A DNA stretch of 21,155 bases from an uncultured virus (IMG/VR IMGVR_UViG_3300032030_000052) (lineage: Duplodnaviria > Heunggongvirae > Uroviricota > Caudoviricetes): the IMG/VR virus record IMGVR_UViG_3300032030_000052; one strand, given 5' to 3'. Positions 5,202 through 12,777 of this stretch are shown here, one piece after another; the first letter of the stretch is position 1, and each line of letters starts with the position of its first letter. The position numbers were made by a program, and so were the translations under genes. The notes under the pieces are model-generated. The model saw only the letters and a list, made by a program, of their open reading frames with translations, was not told the DNA's origin and did no database searches.

Positions 5202-6086
5202 TTAATTGAAGCCATTGCAGCCGCAGTTAGAGCCGTTGGCGACATTTACAGGGCAGGTGAAGATCGGCTGAGAACCATAAACCGGAGTGGTGCCCACGGG
5301 GCAAGTAGAAAGGCGAGAATAGATGCGATCCACGATGTCATCGGACTGAGCGACACGAGAAGCCTGCTCAGTAGCGAGGTTAACCGCATTCTGGAGAGCA
5401 ATGTTCTCACGCCGTGCCTGATCGAGCTGAGACTTGACACCATCAAGCTCGATAGCGCACAGCTTGTCGATGATGGTCTGGTTACCACGACCGACGGCAT
5501 CAATGATGTCACGAGTGTTCTGATATGCAGCAGTTCTGGTAGCGCAGTTCTCGCTTGCCTCAGCATAGCGGATATCAGCAAGACCTGCCTGAACACCATT
5601 GAAGCCCTGCTGATTTGCTGTCTGCTCAGCGAAAGAGCGATTGAGATTTGCGATTTCGTTCGAGTAGAGCTGCTGAGAAAGTGCAGTCTGTGCACCGAAA
5701 ACAGAGTTGTTTACACCGTTAAATCCGTTTGCCATGCCAAGCTGCATATCGCCGCAGCAGTTGCAAAGCTGAGTAGACAGCGAGGAAATGCCGTCACGGA
5801 CGGAAGTCACGGAATCATGAAGCTGTGCATCTCGGAAACCGTCATTGATGTTCTGCGAGTTGTTGAGCCACGGATAAATGAAATCCATGCCCATCATGCC
5901 AGCGCCCATCATAGCGCCACCCATGCCGAAACCGCCAAAGCCGCCCCAGCCACCGCCGAGGACGAGCAGAAGCAGAATCCAAGCCCAGTCTCCACCGAAA
6001 CCGAAGCCGCCGTTACCGCCATAACCGCCACCGTACATCGGAGCGACAGGCATTACCATGTTGTTTGTTGCGTTTTCAGAGTTCAT
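5202..6086 (-). CDS. Gly-rich/hydrophobic N-terminus, coiled-coil, Cys-rich C-terminus protein (294 aa)
   Basis: RBS AGAAAGGA before ATG 6086 (MNSENAT...); GGYGGNGGFGFGGDWAWILLLLVLGGGWGG segment, LCNCC, heptad-like helices, terminal CGCNGFN. Confidence 0.85.
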   Translation of the reverse strand: MNSENATNNMVMPVAPMYGGGYGGNGGFGFGGDWAWILLLLVLGGGWGGFGGFGMGGAMMGAGMMGMDFIYPWLNNSQNINDGFRDAQLHDSVTSVRDGISSLSTQLCNCCGDMQLGMANGFNGVNNSVFGAQTALSQQLYSNEIANLNRSFAEQTANQQGFNGVQAGLADIRYAEASENCATRTAAYQNTRDIIDAVGRGNQTIIDKLCAIELDGVKSQLDQARRENIALQNAVNLATEQASRVAQSDDIVDRIYSRLSTCPVGTTPVYGSQPIFTCPVNVANGSNCGCNGFN

Positions 6087-6118
6087 AGTATTATCCTTTC
6101 TACGTTTGGTAGTGTATT

Positions 6119-6157
6119 TATATCCCATCGGCTTATGCGCACTCGCCGAAGAATATA
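6119..6157 (-). other. Intergenic RNA hairpin with palindromic loop
   Basis: Minus strand UAUAUUCUUCGGC-GAGUGCGCAUAA-GCCGAUGGGAUAUA: 13 bp with two G.U pairs and one bulge; the loop contains UGCGCA. Confidence 0.6.
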
Positions 6158-6195
6158 TGATAAAAATAGTAGTATGATGTTGTGGTGTGATGAAT

Positions 6196-6453
6196 TTATC
6201 TTCTACCCATGTTCTGCATCTGTTGCATCAGATAATTCTGAACCATGGGAAGACGATTCTGGTATATTGGACTGGATTGGAGAACCATCTGCATAAGAGC
6301 TTGCGGGTCGTTCTCCTTTCCTTGAGTCTGGAAACCCAGTTGCTGCATCCTTCTCAAGGCTTCCGTTCTTGGGTCTTGAGATTGCTGCTGATATTGCTGC
6401 TGAGGTTGCATCTGAGGGTTTCCACCGATGCTTTGATAGAGGTCACTTGCCAT
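6196..6453 (-). CDS. Small Gln/Met-rich protein (85 aa)
   Basis: RBS GAGGTG before ATG 6453 (MASDLYQ...); QPQQQYQQQSQ and DPQALMQMVLQS; overlaps the upstream gene end. Confidence 0.8.
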   Translation of the reverse strand: MASDLYQSIGGNPQMQPQQQYQQQSQDPRTEALRRMQQLGFQTQGKENDPQALMQMVLQSSPIYQNRLPMVQNYLMQQMQNMGRR

Positions 6454-6961
6454 GCTTCTGTTCACCTCTATTCTGGTTTTGGTTATTCTGTCTATTATTC
6501 GAGTTATTCTGCTGATTCTGGTTGTTCTGATAACTCTGGTTTGTTGTCTCGAAGCTCCTCATGATGCTTGCGATTCGGGCTTCAAGCTCTTCTCGAGTGA
6601 CAAATGCGGAAGTATCAATCGCAGGAGCCATCGGTTGAGGCTGCTGTGGTCTGGCTTCCGCATTTTCCCTCTCGTACCGGAATATCTCAAGCGGATACGG
6701 CATACCATTGGCATCCGTAGACTTGATTCCGAAGTTGTTCTCCTCAGTGTTGAAGAGGAATGCTTTCTGATTCGGTCCCATAGAGAAGGACTTCATGGCA
6801 GCGATACCCTGAACCCAAGCAATAATCAATCCATTTTGATTTCCCTGAGCAGGAGACGGAACAGTTCCGGGAATACCCATTCCAGTCATGTATCCCTGAG
6901 GTATGCCGTATTGAACTCCATAAGAGGAGCCGTAACCAGCCGGTAAGTACGGTACTGCCAT
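6443..6961 (-). CDS. Protein with a small central domain and Pro/Gln/Asn low-complexity tails (172 aa)
   Basis: TAATG coupling with the upstream gene, RBS GGAGGTG; core IIAWVQG...FGIKSTDANGMP; FVTREELE helix; N/Q-rich C-terminus. Confidence 0.85.
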   Translation of the reverse strand: MAVPYLPAGYGSSYGVQYGIPQGYMTGMGIPGTVPSPAQGNQNGLIIAWVQGIAAMKSFSMGPNQKAFLFNTEENNFGIKSTDANGMPYPLEIFRYERENAEARPQQPQPMAPAIDTSAFVTREELEARIASIMRSFETTNQSYQNNQNQQNNSNNRQNNQNQNRGEQKHGK

Positions 6962-7347
6962 TATCTATCACCTCCGTCCGAAGTCTTAGCATAATAGTAA
7001 AGCGGTGTGTCAGAAGATGAATCCCAAGAGTCGATGATATCACCGTTCACGACAGCTACCGCATGAGTACCGGTACCGACAATGTAAGTACCCTCTTTAT
7101 GAGAATTTGCGAAGTCAGAAAGCTTGTACGACTTGTTGTCGGGAAGATTGAACCTGCGATATCCAAGAGATTTCAGGTATTTCTCCCACGTCTTGTTATC
7201 GTCCCCGAAAGTGCATTCTTCATAACCCTCGACACAGAGGGAAAGATATACTCTTCTCCATGGGACGTTTTCAGCTATGGAAATTGCACGGATTACACAG
7301 TCGCCCGTGGTCTTTCCACAAGGATTTCCGTTGAATTGGATATACAT
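6961..7347 (-). CDS. Putative papain-like (C39/transglutaminase-like fold) Cys-His-Asp enzyme (128 aa)
   Basis: GDCVIRAISIA (Cys at helix start), GTHAVAVVNG (His at strand start), IIDSWDS (Asp) in the canonical order; RBS CAGGAG. Confidence 0.65.
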   Translation of the reverse strand: MYIQFNGNPCGKTTGDCVIRAISIAENVPWRRVYLSLCVEGYEECTFGDDNKTWEKYLKSLGYRRFNLPDNKSYKLSDFANSHKEGTYIVGTGTHAVAVVNGDIIDSWDSSSDTPLYYYAKTSDGGDR

Positions 7348-7391
7348 TACTGCGTTTTCTCCTGTGTTTTATAGTGTGTTACTTTGTAGGA

Positions 7392-7636
7392 GGTAAAGAA
7401 GAAGGGATATAGTCACCGCTTAAAGAATGTGGTGAGACTATTAGCAAGATTGTCGTATGACGTGTGGTTCGATGTAGTGGTGTAACGTTTAGTCCGTGTG
7501 TGACGGGTTTGGCAGTACGACGATACTTTGAATAGCTCGGTGTAGATATGCGGCAGTTGTAGTGAGACGTATTGCTGTGATTATGCTGCTTATATGGTGT
7601 CTCTTTAAGCGGCGAGCATATCCCTCCTTCTTCACC
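7392..7636 (-). ncRNA. Candidate ~245-nt structured RNA closed by a 35-bp stem
   Basis: 7392-7426 and 7602-7636 are inverted repeats matching at 30/35. Four of the five mismatches become G.U pairs on the minus strand. The interval is ORF-free in the track. Confidence 0.6.
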
Positions 7637-7670
7637 CTATAGGAAGTATGGAAGTATGCTTGATTTATGG

Positions 7671-9287
7671 TTATGTCAACTCTTTAATGTGTCCTTTGAC
7701 TGTTAGACTCGACGGTTCGAGGTCTGTATCAACCGTCAAAGTATTCTGTCCTGTAGTCGTGGGGATCTCGGGGAGCGTTGCGACAATGTCGTTCAGCTCG
7801 TCAGCGTAGTCGCCGATTTTGGCGAGGGGTTCGTTGGAGATGGTGGTTTCTTCGGTGTTTAAGACATACCAGATGGTCACGGGAGTGCCGTTTGCGTACT
7901 GGGCGGCAAGGTAGGATTTCCATGTAGCCAATTCACTTTCTGACGAAATCGTATACGGACGAAACGCCACAAACGCGCCATTATATGCAGTAGAGTTTTG
8001 CATCGAAAACCCTATATCAGTTGAAGAGCTAACGGTCGAAATCGTTTTCATCTGGTAGTGCGTGCATTTCTCCCCAGCGGTTGAGACAACTGAATTTAGC
8101 GAACCGACCTTGAAGCGATAGTATGCGTTGATCCCTGACATGCCTGCCATGTAAATCCAATCCTCATTACCTGTCAACACCAACTTCTTCACCCTTCTCA
8201 CCGTCTGCGTCTGTCCGAGATACACAGGCACGGTCTGTCCGGCGCAGGTGATCGGGATTTTCCAGCCGTAGGGTTCGTAGGGGAGAGGTTCAGTTCCGGC
8301 GTTGAGCAGGATGCTATTAACGGTTTCCCCGACAACCTCCGAATATAAGGCAACCAGTATCCACTCTGCTTCTGATGATGTTGTGAATGTTGCGCTTGGA
8401 AGATTTGTATTTACTGGCTGCCTGATAAATCCGTTAGTCCAGTCGTTAGGGATTTCCGTGTATTCTCTGATCCGTATTAGAGCGCCGCCAGCTCTGTAAA
8501 CTGCCGATACTGTATACGCTGTGTCTGGTGTAATTTTAACCTTGAATCCGATTAGCATTCTTCCTGTTACGGTAATAGTGCCGTCGGAAATTGTGTACTG
8601 ATTATAATTTTGGTAATGCGTTTCGTTATCAACAGAAACAAAAACAAGATTCTCCGTCCTCACGCCGCAGAAAGTCGGCATAATCGGCGCGTCAGGTGTA
8701 GGCGTGCCGGTCTGCTGTCCGTTGCCGATGAGGCTTTTCACTTTTACAGGGAGGGCGTATCCTTTGAAGGGAAGGGTGCCGGTGGCGGTCTGGAGCTCAT
8801 CTTCGCGTCCCCAGATGAGGCGGTCCTCATTGTCGCGGACTTCCCAGCCTTCTTGATATCCGTAGGGGAGAGGGGTGGAGCCGAGGTTGAGCATGAGTTT
8901 GGTCGCATTTTTATCATATGAAATACGGACATAACTCGCGTTACTTGGTGCCGTTATGCTTAGTGAGACATTTCCTCTCACGTCATAAATTGTATCAACA
9001 TCAGAACTAATGATATTTTTATTTGAATCATAAAACGCATATCCACGTCCATTATTATTTGCCGGATCATAATTCTCGCACGAAAAGGCGTATTGTTTCG
9101 TTGGATTTACGCAAATATAATCTGATGTTAATGTAACAGATGACGTTGCAACGGACCCGTAAGACTGAGAATCATGCTGACCTATAACCGATCCAGAAAT
9201 AACGCTAGACTCATCAAACAAATTCTTCCCCTTCATCGGAATCCGCGTGATGTCCTTCTCTTCACCTGAGACGAATCCTTTTAACAT
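7671..9287 (-). CDS. Multidomain receptor-binding/carbohydrate-binding-like virion protein (538 aa)
   Basis: Two GKNLFD/TENLV ... LNxGxxPLPY-bounded modules typical of phage CBM-like domains, GTPTPDAPI linker, NGTPVTIWYVL and C-terminal IPTTTGQNTLTV; RBS AGGAGG. Confidence 0.7.
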   Translation of the reverse strand: MLKGFVSGEEKDITRIPMKGKNLFDESSVISGSVIGQHDSQSYGSVATSSVTLTSDYICVNPTKQYAFSCENYDPANNNGRGYAFYDSNKNIISSDVDTIYDVRGNVSLSITAPSNASYVRISYDKNATKLMLNLGSTPLPYGYQEGWEVRDNEDRLIWGREDELQTATGTLPFKGYALPVKVKSLIGNGQQTGTPTPDAPIMPTFCGVRTENLVFVSVDNETHYQNYNQYTISDGTITVTGRMLIGFKVKITPDTAYTVSAVYRAGGALIRIREYTEIPNDWTNGFIRQPVNTNLPSATFTTSSEAEWILVALYSEVVGETVNSILLNAGTEPLPYEPYGWKIPITCAGQTVPVYLGQTQTVRRVKKLVLTGNEDWIYMAGMSGINAYYRFKVGSLNSVVSTAGEKCTHYQMKTISTVSSSTDIGFSMQNSTAYNGAFVAFRPYTISSESELATWKSYLAAQYANGTPVTIWYVLNTEETTISNEPLAKIGDYADELNDIVATLPEIPTTTGQNTLTVDTDLEPSSLTVKGHIKELT

Positions 9288-9299
9288 GAGATCGCCTCC

Positions 9300-10457
9300 T
9301 TAATCATAGATGAAGTACAACGGCTTGTCTTTTGTGGTGAGGGCTTCGTAGGCAGATTCGGAGATGGGATCTAAGATTGAAGAAAGCGTCTCGACATTTA
9401 CACCGGTTGCAGAACCGTTAACGTAGATGTTACCGTTCCAGTCGATGGCGAACGCATTGTGACGCGCGTTGTCGTCAGTGCCGTTTCCGATGATGAAAGC
9501 GTAGGTGCCGTTTGCGTCCGAGACGTTATATTTGCCTTGAACGTGCTGATAATTACTCGATGCTACTGTACTCCATCCCTCAGAATGAGAACCTTGGCCA
9601 ATCGCTTTTGTTCCAAGCCCCTCGGAATGAGAAGAATCACCAGTTGCTTGCGTTCCAGAACCTTCTGCATGAGAGTCGATTCCGATAGCACCTGTTCCAG
9701 AACCCTCTGCATGAGAACCAGAGCCACTAGCATTTACTCCACCACCGCCTTCTGCGTGAGCATTGTTGCCGGAGGCTGTATTATATTGACCTTCTACATG
9801 AGAGTTGTTTCCGGATGCTGTTGTACCTGTACCCTCTGCATGAGACTGGTTTCCTATTGCACTCGTCCTAGAGCCTTCAGCATGAGAATACTGTCCGGCA
9901 GCTTTATTATTTACATAGTCATTAAATATCTCAGCACCGTCTCCGGCAGTAACCGTCTGTCCGTCAATCATATACTGTTTGCCGGCTGTCTTCTCGCCAA
10001 CCATGGCAGTCGTGATGACTTTGTTTTGGACGGGGTTTTCGGAGGTGGTGGAGAGGGTAGCGTCAATATCGATCCGGACAGAGTTGGTTCCGATCGGGTC
10101 CCACTTACCGTCCTCAGTGTACATGTACTCGGGGAGATTTTCTTCCTCCGGATCACCGACAAAGTAGACCCATCCCGGTTCTGCGTTTTCCGGAAGATCC
10201 TCGATCGAGTCGACACGACCTTTCAGTGTCATCGGGTTGATAACGGTAGCCTGCTTCTTCCAGCCCTGACCGACTACAAAGCCATACTTGTCACCTGTGG
10301 AAACGTCCCATGCTTTGGATGCTTCAGCGATGATGATTTTCGGGATACCATCCTGTGCCGGAAGCTCAGAGGAACTTGAAACCGAGATATAGACTCTCGC
10401 GATGTCGTTACCCTGCGCGTCATACCGCAGATGCTTACGGGCGATAATTGTAATCAT
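9300..10457 (-). CDS. Tail-fibre/adhesin-like protein with YadA-head (Hep_Hag)-like repeats (385 aa)
   Basis: Eight SHAEG-type ~14-aa repeats plus QHVQGKYN...IIGNGT..ARHNAFAIDWNG; IDATLSTTSENPVQNKVI fibre motif; RBS GAGGAGGTG. Confidence 0.75.
   Translation of the reverse strand: MITIIARKHLRYDAQGNDIARVYISVSSSSELPAQDGIPKIIIAEASKAWDVSTGDKYGFVVGQGWKKQATVINPMTLKGRVDSIEDLPENAEPGWVYFVGDPEEENLPEYMYTEDGKWDPIGTNSVRIDIDATLSTTSENPVQNKVITTAMVGEKTAGKQYMIDGQTVTAGDGAEIFNDYVNNKAAGQYSHAEGSRTSAIGNQSHAEGTGTTASGNNSHVEGQYNTASGNNAHAEGGGGVNASGSGSHAEGSGTGAIGIDSHAEGSGTQATGDSSHSEGLGTKAIGQGSHSEGWSTVASSNYQHVQGKYNVSDANGTYAFIIGNGTDDNARHNAFAIDWNGNIYVNGSATGVNVETLSSILDPISESAYEALTTKDKPLYFIYD
9534..9887 (-). repeat. Tandem ~42-bp coding repeats (SHAEGxxTxAxGxx)
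   Basis: Recurring CCTTCTGCATGAGA-like units on the plus strand; 8 clear units and 1 degenerate unit. Boundaries are approximate. Confidence 0.85.
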
Positions 10458-10723
10458 ATCAACACCTCCTCATAGAAATGGAATGGGATACCATTAGGCT
10501 GCTTAATCCATGTACCAGTATCTCCGGGAACCTTAAGACCATAAGATTCACCGGTAGAGATGTCCCATGCGCCGGAACCCTCATGGAGAAGCAGCCCGTC
10601 GATTTCGTCGATATCGGGAAGCTCAGAAGCGTCTCCGACAGAGATAAACGCCAGTACCACATCACGTTTGGTGCCGTCACTTTCATCGTATCGGATATGC
10701 TTCCGTGTAAGCACTGTTACCAT
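10454..10723 (-). CDS. Hypothetical protein (89 aa), stand-alone paralogue of the N-terminal domain of 9300..10457
   Basis: Shared RKHxRYD, ISV...SELP, AWDxSTGxxYG and WxKQ motifs; ATGA overlap with the next gene. Confidence 0.85.
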   Translation of the reverse strand: MVTVLTRKHIRYDESDGTKRDVVLAFISVGDASELPDIDEIDGLLLHEGSGAWDISTGESYGLKVPGDTGTWIKQPNGIPFHFYEEVLI

Positions 10724-10727
10724 GGTA

Positions 10728-11450
10728 TCACCCCATTCTCAGAGATTCCCAAGTCATCGGACCGCAGATGCCATCGACATCGAGACCGTGCTTGAGCTGA
10801 TATGCGAGAAGAGCTCCGAGCGTGACAAGACCAAAGTCGCCATCCAGTTCGTTCTTTCTCAGATATCCATTTTGAATCAGAGCGAACTGAAGCCATCTTA
10901 CAGCGTCGTTCTTAGAGCCTTCTTTGACGATCGGCATGCCTTCTGTCTTCGAGCGGTATTCAGCAGGCAGATAGACGAAGCCGAGGAAATGATATTCATT
11001 ACCGGCTCCGAGATTTCCGCTGCCGAACTCTCTGTGATTGGTCCAGAACGGATTCTTGCAGCCCCAGCCCGACTCACTTGTCAGGATCGAGCCGTCCGAA
11101 TAGATCTCTTCGATATTGGCAACATGACCAGCACCGTCGCCCGGAACACCAGCTTTGCCTTTCGACCAGACACAGATAGCTCCGAGATCCGGAATGATGC
11201 CGGTCTTGAGCTTCTGGGCTTTACCGGACGAGAAGAAGTCTTCGGCATTCGGCGGATAGCTGAAATAGACAAACTTACCGGCACCGATATTCTCATTGAA
11301 TCTGCCTGCACTGTAACCGACACAGTTTGCGAGGACATTACAACCGGGATCGGTCGGACTGCCGATAATAGCAGTTGAATAGCCGCCTTTCGCTACGGTG
11401 TTGTAGTACTTATTTCCGCTTTCGGGTTTCGTCGTTCTTTTCTTGAACAT
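10728..11450 (-). CDS. Endolysin: CHAP domain plus C-terminal peptidoglycan-binding (PG_binding_1-like) domain (240 aa)
   Basis: NCVGYS (catalytic Cys), GHVANIE (His), SES; C-terminal GSKNDAVRWLQ...DGDFG..T..AL.AYQ..HGL.VDGICGPMTW; start ATG 11450 after GGAGAGG. Confidence 0.92.
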   Translation of the reverse strand: MFKKRTTKPESGNKYYNTVAKGGYSTAIIGSPTDPGCNVLANCVGYSAGRFNENIGAGKFVYFSYPPNAEDFFSSGKAQKLKTGIIPDLGAICVWSKGKAGVPGDGAGHVANIEEIYSDGSILTSESGWGCKNPFWTNHREFGSGNLGAGNEYHFLGFVYLPAEYRSKTEGMPIVKEGSKNDAVRWLQFALIQNGYLRKNELDGDFGLVTLGALLAYQLKHGLDVDGICGPMTWESLRMG

Positions 11451-11877
11451 TTTTGGATTCCTCCTCTCCATTGCTCTTGTCACGTAACTGTTCCAAGAAA
11501 CTCTTCAGTCTCTGTGGATACGGTATGAATTTTCCGCCGTTCTCGACTATCGACAGACCTTCGTTAGCGATATACAGGCTGACGATGGCGGTTCTGAGGA
11601 ATGCTCGATCGCCGCCAATGATCTGCGTATCGAGAATGTTACACACTGCAACCAGAGCCAGAAGCATAACTTTCTTGGTTATTCCTCTGAATCCGGTTTC
11701 GCTGTTTAGGGAATGCTTCTTTGTCGCCGCAACGACACCTGTGATATAGTCTATTACGATGAACGCGATCAACGTCTTCATATAACCATCCATAGGTCCC
11801 CATAGAAAGTAACAGAGAGCAATCGCTTCTGCGGCAAGGAACTTCACGATCACTCTCAAGATATTCGTCTCACCCAT
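11410..11877 (-). CDS. Holin (phage holin family 4 / toxin secretion-phage lysis type, 155 aa)
   Basis: IVIDYITGVVAA...LNSETGFRGITKK...YIANEGLSIVEN signature with hydrophobic helices, directly upstream of the endolysin; start ATG 11877. Confidence 0.92.
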   Translation of the reverse strand: MGETNILRVIVKFLAAEAIALCYFLWGPMDGYMKTLIAFIVIDYITGVVAATKKHSLNSETGFRGITKKVMLLALVAVCNILDTQIIGGDRAFLRTAIVSLYIANEGLSIVENGGKFIPYPQRLKSFLEQLRDKSNGEEESKNVQEKNDETRKRK

Positions 11878-11881
11878 GATA

Positions 11882-12553
11882 TCACCCCTCATCTTCAATC
11901 GCAAAGTAGCCATCAGTGAGCCATCGATGACCGTTGATCGTGACAGCTTTGAACTCATTTGCATAACTGTCATTGTAGGGCATGGCGCCTGCATGATCAG
12001 TATAACTGAGAGCATCAAATGCGGCATTCGTAAACATTGGCATTACGAGGCGCTGCATTCTCGTATTACCGGCAACCGTGATAGTCCTGAGCGGAGAGAT
12101 ATCGCCCCATGTGATACAAGCAAGATCGGTTCCTTCTGTCTGACCACTAGACGAGCCGACGGGGTAAATGAACGTGAGCGCTCCGAGATTGTTACGAACG
12201 ATCCGGATATGACCACCGTAATTGCTAATCGTTGTATAAATGGACAAACCATTCGGGCAACCGGCGGCATTTACAATTTGTCTGCCGTTATTAGATGCGT
12301 TAACAGTCTTAAGGCTGCTCGACGCATATGCTGCCCATCGACCGTGATGCTGATTACTATCAACGACTTCTTCAATTCTGAAAAGAACATTTCCGTCCTT
12401 ATCAAGAATCTTAAGAACAGCCATGTTGGTATAACTATTGAATTCCGAATCCTCAAGATCTACTTCGACTGTTTCATCTTTTAGTAAACCACAGGACTCG
12501 ATGAAAGTCTTAAGTTTCGGCATAGAATTATTTATTTCTGCTGTTCTGATCAC
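11882..12553 (-). CDS. Hypothetical tail-region protein (223 aa), paralogue of 12778..13449
   Basis: Shared motifs CxNG..IYT, IRIV, LxCIxWGDIxP, PMxTN, SYT...GxMPY, LxDGYFAIE; GTG start with SD GAGGAGGTG. Confidence 0.85.
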   Translation of the reverse strand: MIRTAEINNSMPKLKTFIESCGLLKDETVEVDLEDSEFNSYTNMAVLKILDKDGNVLFRIEEVVDSNQHHGRWAAYASSSLKTVNASNNGRQIVNAAGCPNGLSIYTTISNYGGHIRIVRNNLGALTFIYPVGSSSGQTEGTDLACITWGDISPLRTITVAGNTRMQRLVMPMFTNAAFDALSYTDHAGAMPYNDSYANEFKAVTINGHRWLTDGYFAIEDEG

Positions 12554-12765
12554 AGGCTCACCTCCTCATCCTCAACGGGCGCGATAATAGCACAATCGGT
12601 AAGTCCCCAAGCGAAATCACAAGCAGGAGCAATATCAAGATCACGTCTTACAGTAGGACCCGCTTGGCTGACCTTGTATAATGCATCCCAAATCGCCTGC
12701 TTAATTTCCGCTCCAGACTTGCTGTTGTCGATAACTGAGAGTTCAAGTGCAATATCTACTGCCAT
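12550..12765 (-). CDS. Small protein consisting mainly of the shared ~30-aa helical anchor module (71 aa)
   Basis: DIALELSVIDNSKSGAEIKQAIWDALYKVS matches the N-termini of 13462..14046 and 14056..15096; RBS GAGGT. Confidence 0.8.
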   Translation of the reverse strand: MAVDIALELSVIDNSKSGAEIKQAIWDALYKVSQAGPTVRRDLDIAPACDFAWGLTDCAIIAPVEDEEVSL

Positions 12766-12777
12766 TTTGATTACCTC

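Noticed and set aside
7385..7393. Extra TGTAGGAGG copy of the integrase arm-type repeat
   Set aside because: Single isolated copy 3 kb from the att region, overlapping the base of the RNA stem; likely coincidental.
7643..7679. Promoter for the large structured element (minus-strand TTGACA at 7674-7679 and tandem CATACTTC repeats; possible sigma-A or sporulation sigma site)
   Set aside because: TTGACA to CATACT spacing is 15 or 23 nt, and matches to sigma-E/K/G consensus are imperfect; too weak to call.
7348..9287. Diversity-generating retroelement (template repeat next to a receptor-binding gene)
   Set aside because: No reverse transcriptase in the window, and the non-coding element shows no adenine-specific near-copy in the 3' end of 7671..9287 or other genes that I could see.
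9459..12484. Long plus-strand ORFs (9459..10379, 10560..11378, 11876..12484) and other overlapping track ORFs
   Set aside because: They lie antisense to well-supported tail, holin and endolysin genes and show no recognisable motifs.
12550..12553. Programmed frameshift or pseudogene joining 12550..12765 to 11882..12553
   Set aside because: The junction is an ordinary GTGA start/stop overlap with a strong SD (GAGGAGGTG) and no slippery sequence; the paralogue 12778..13449 starts at the equivalent position.
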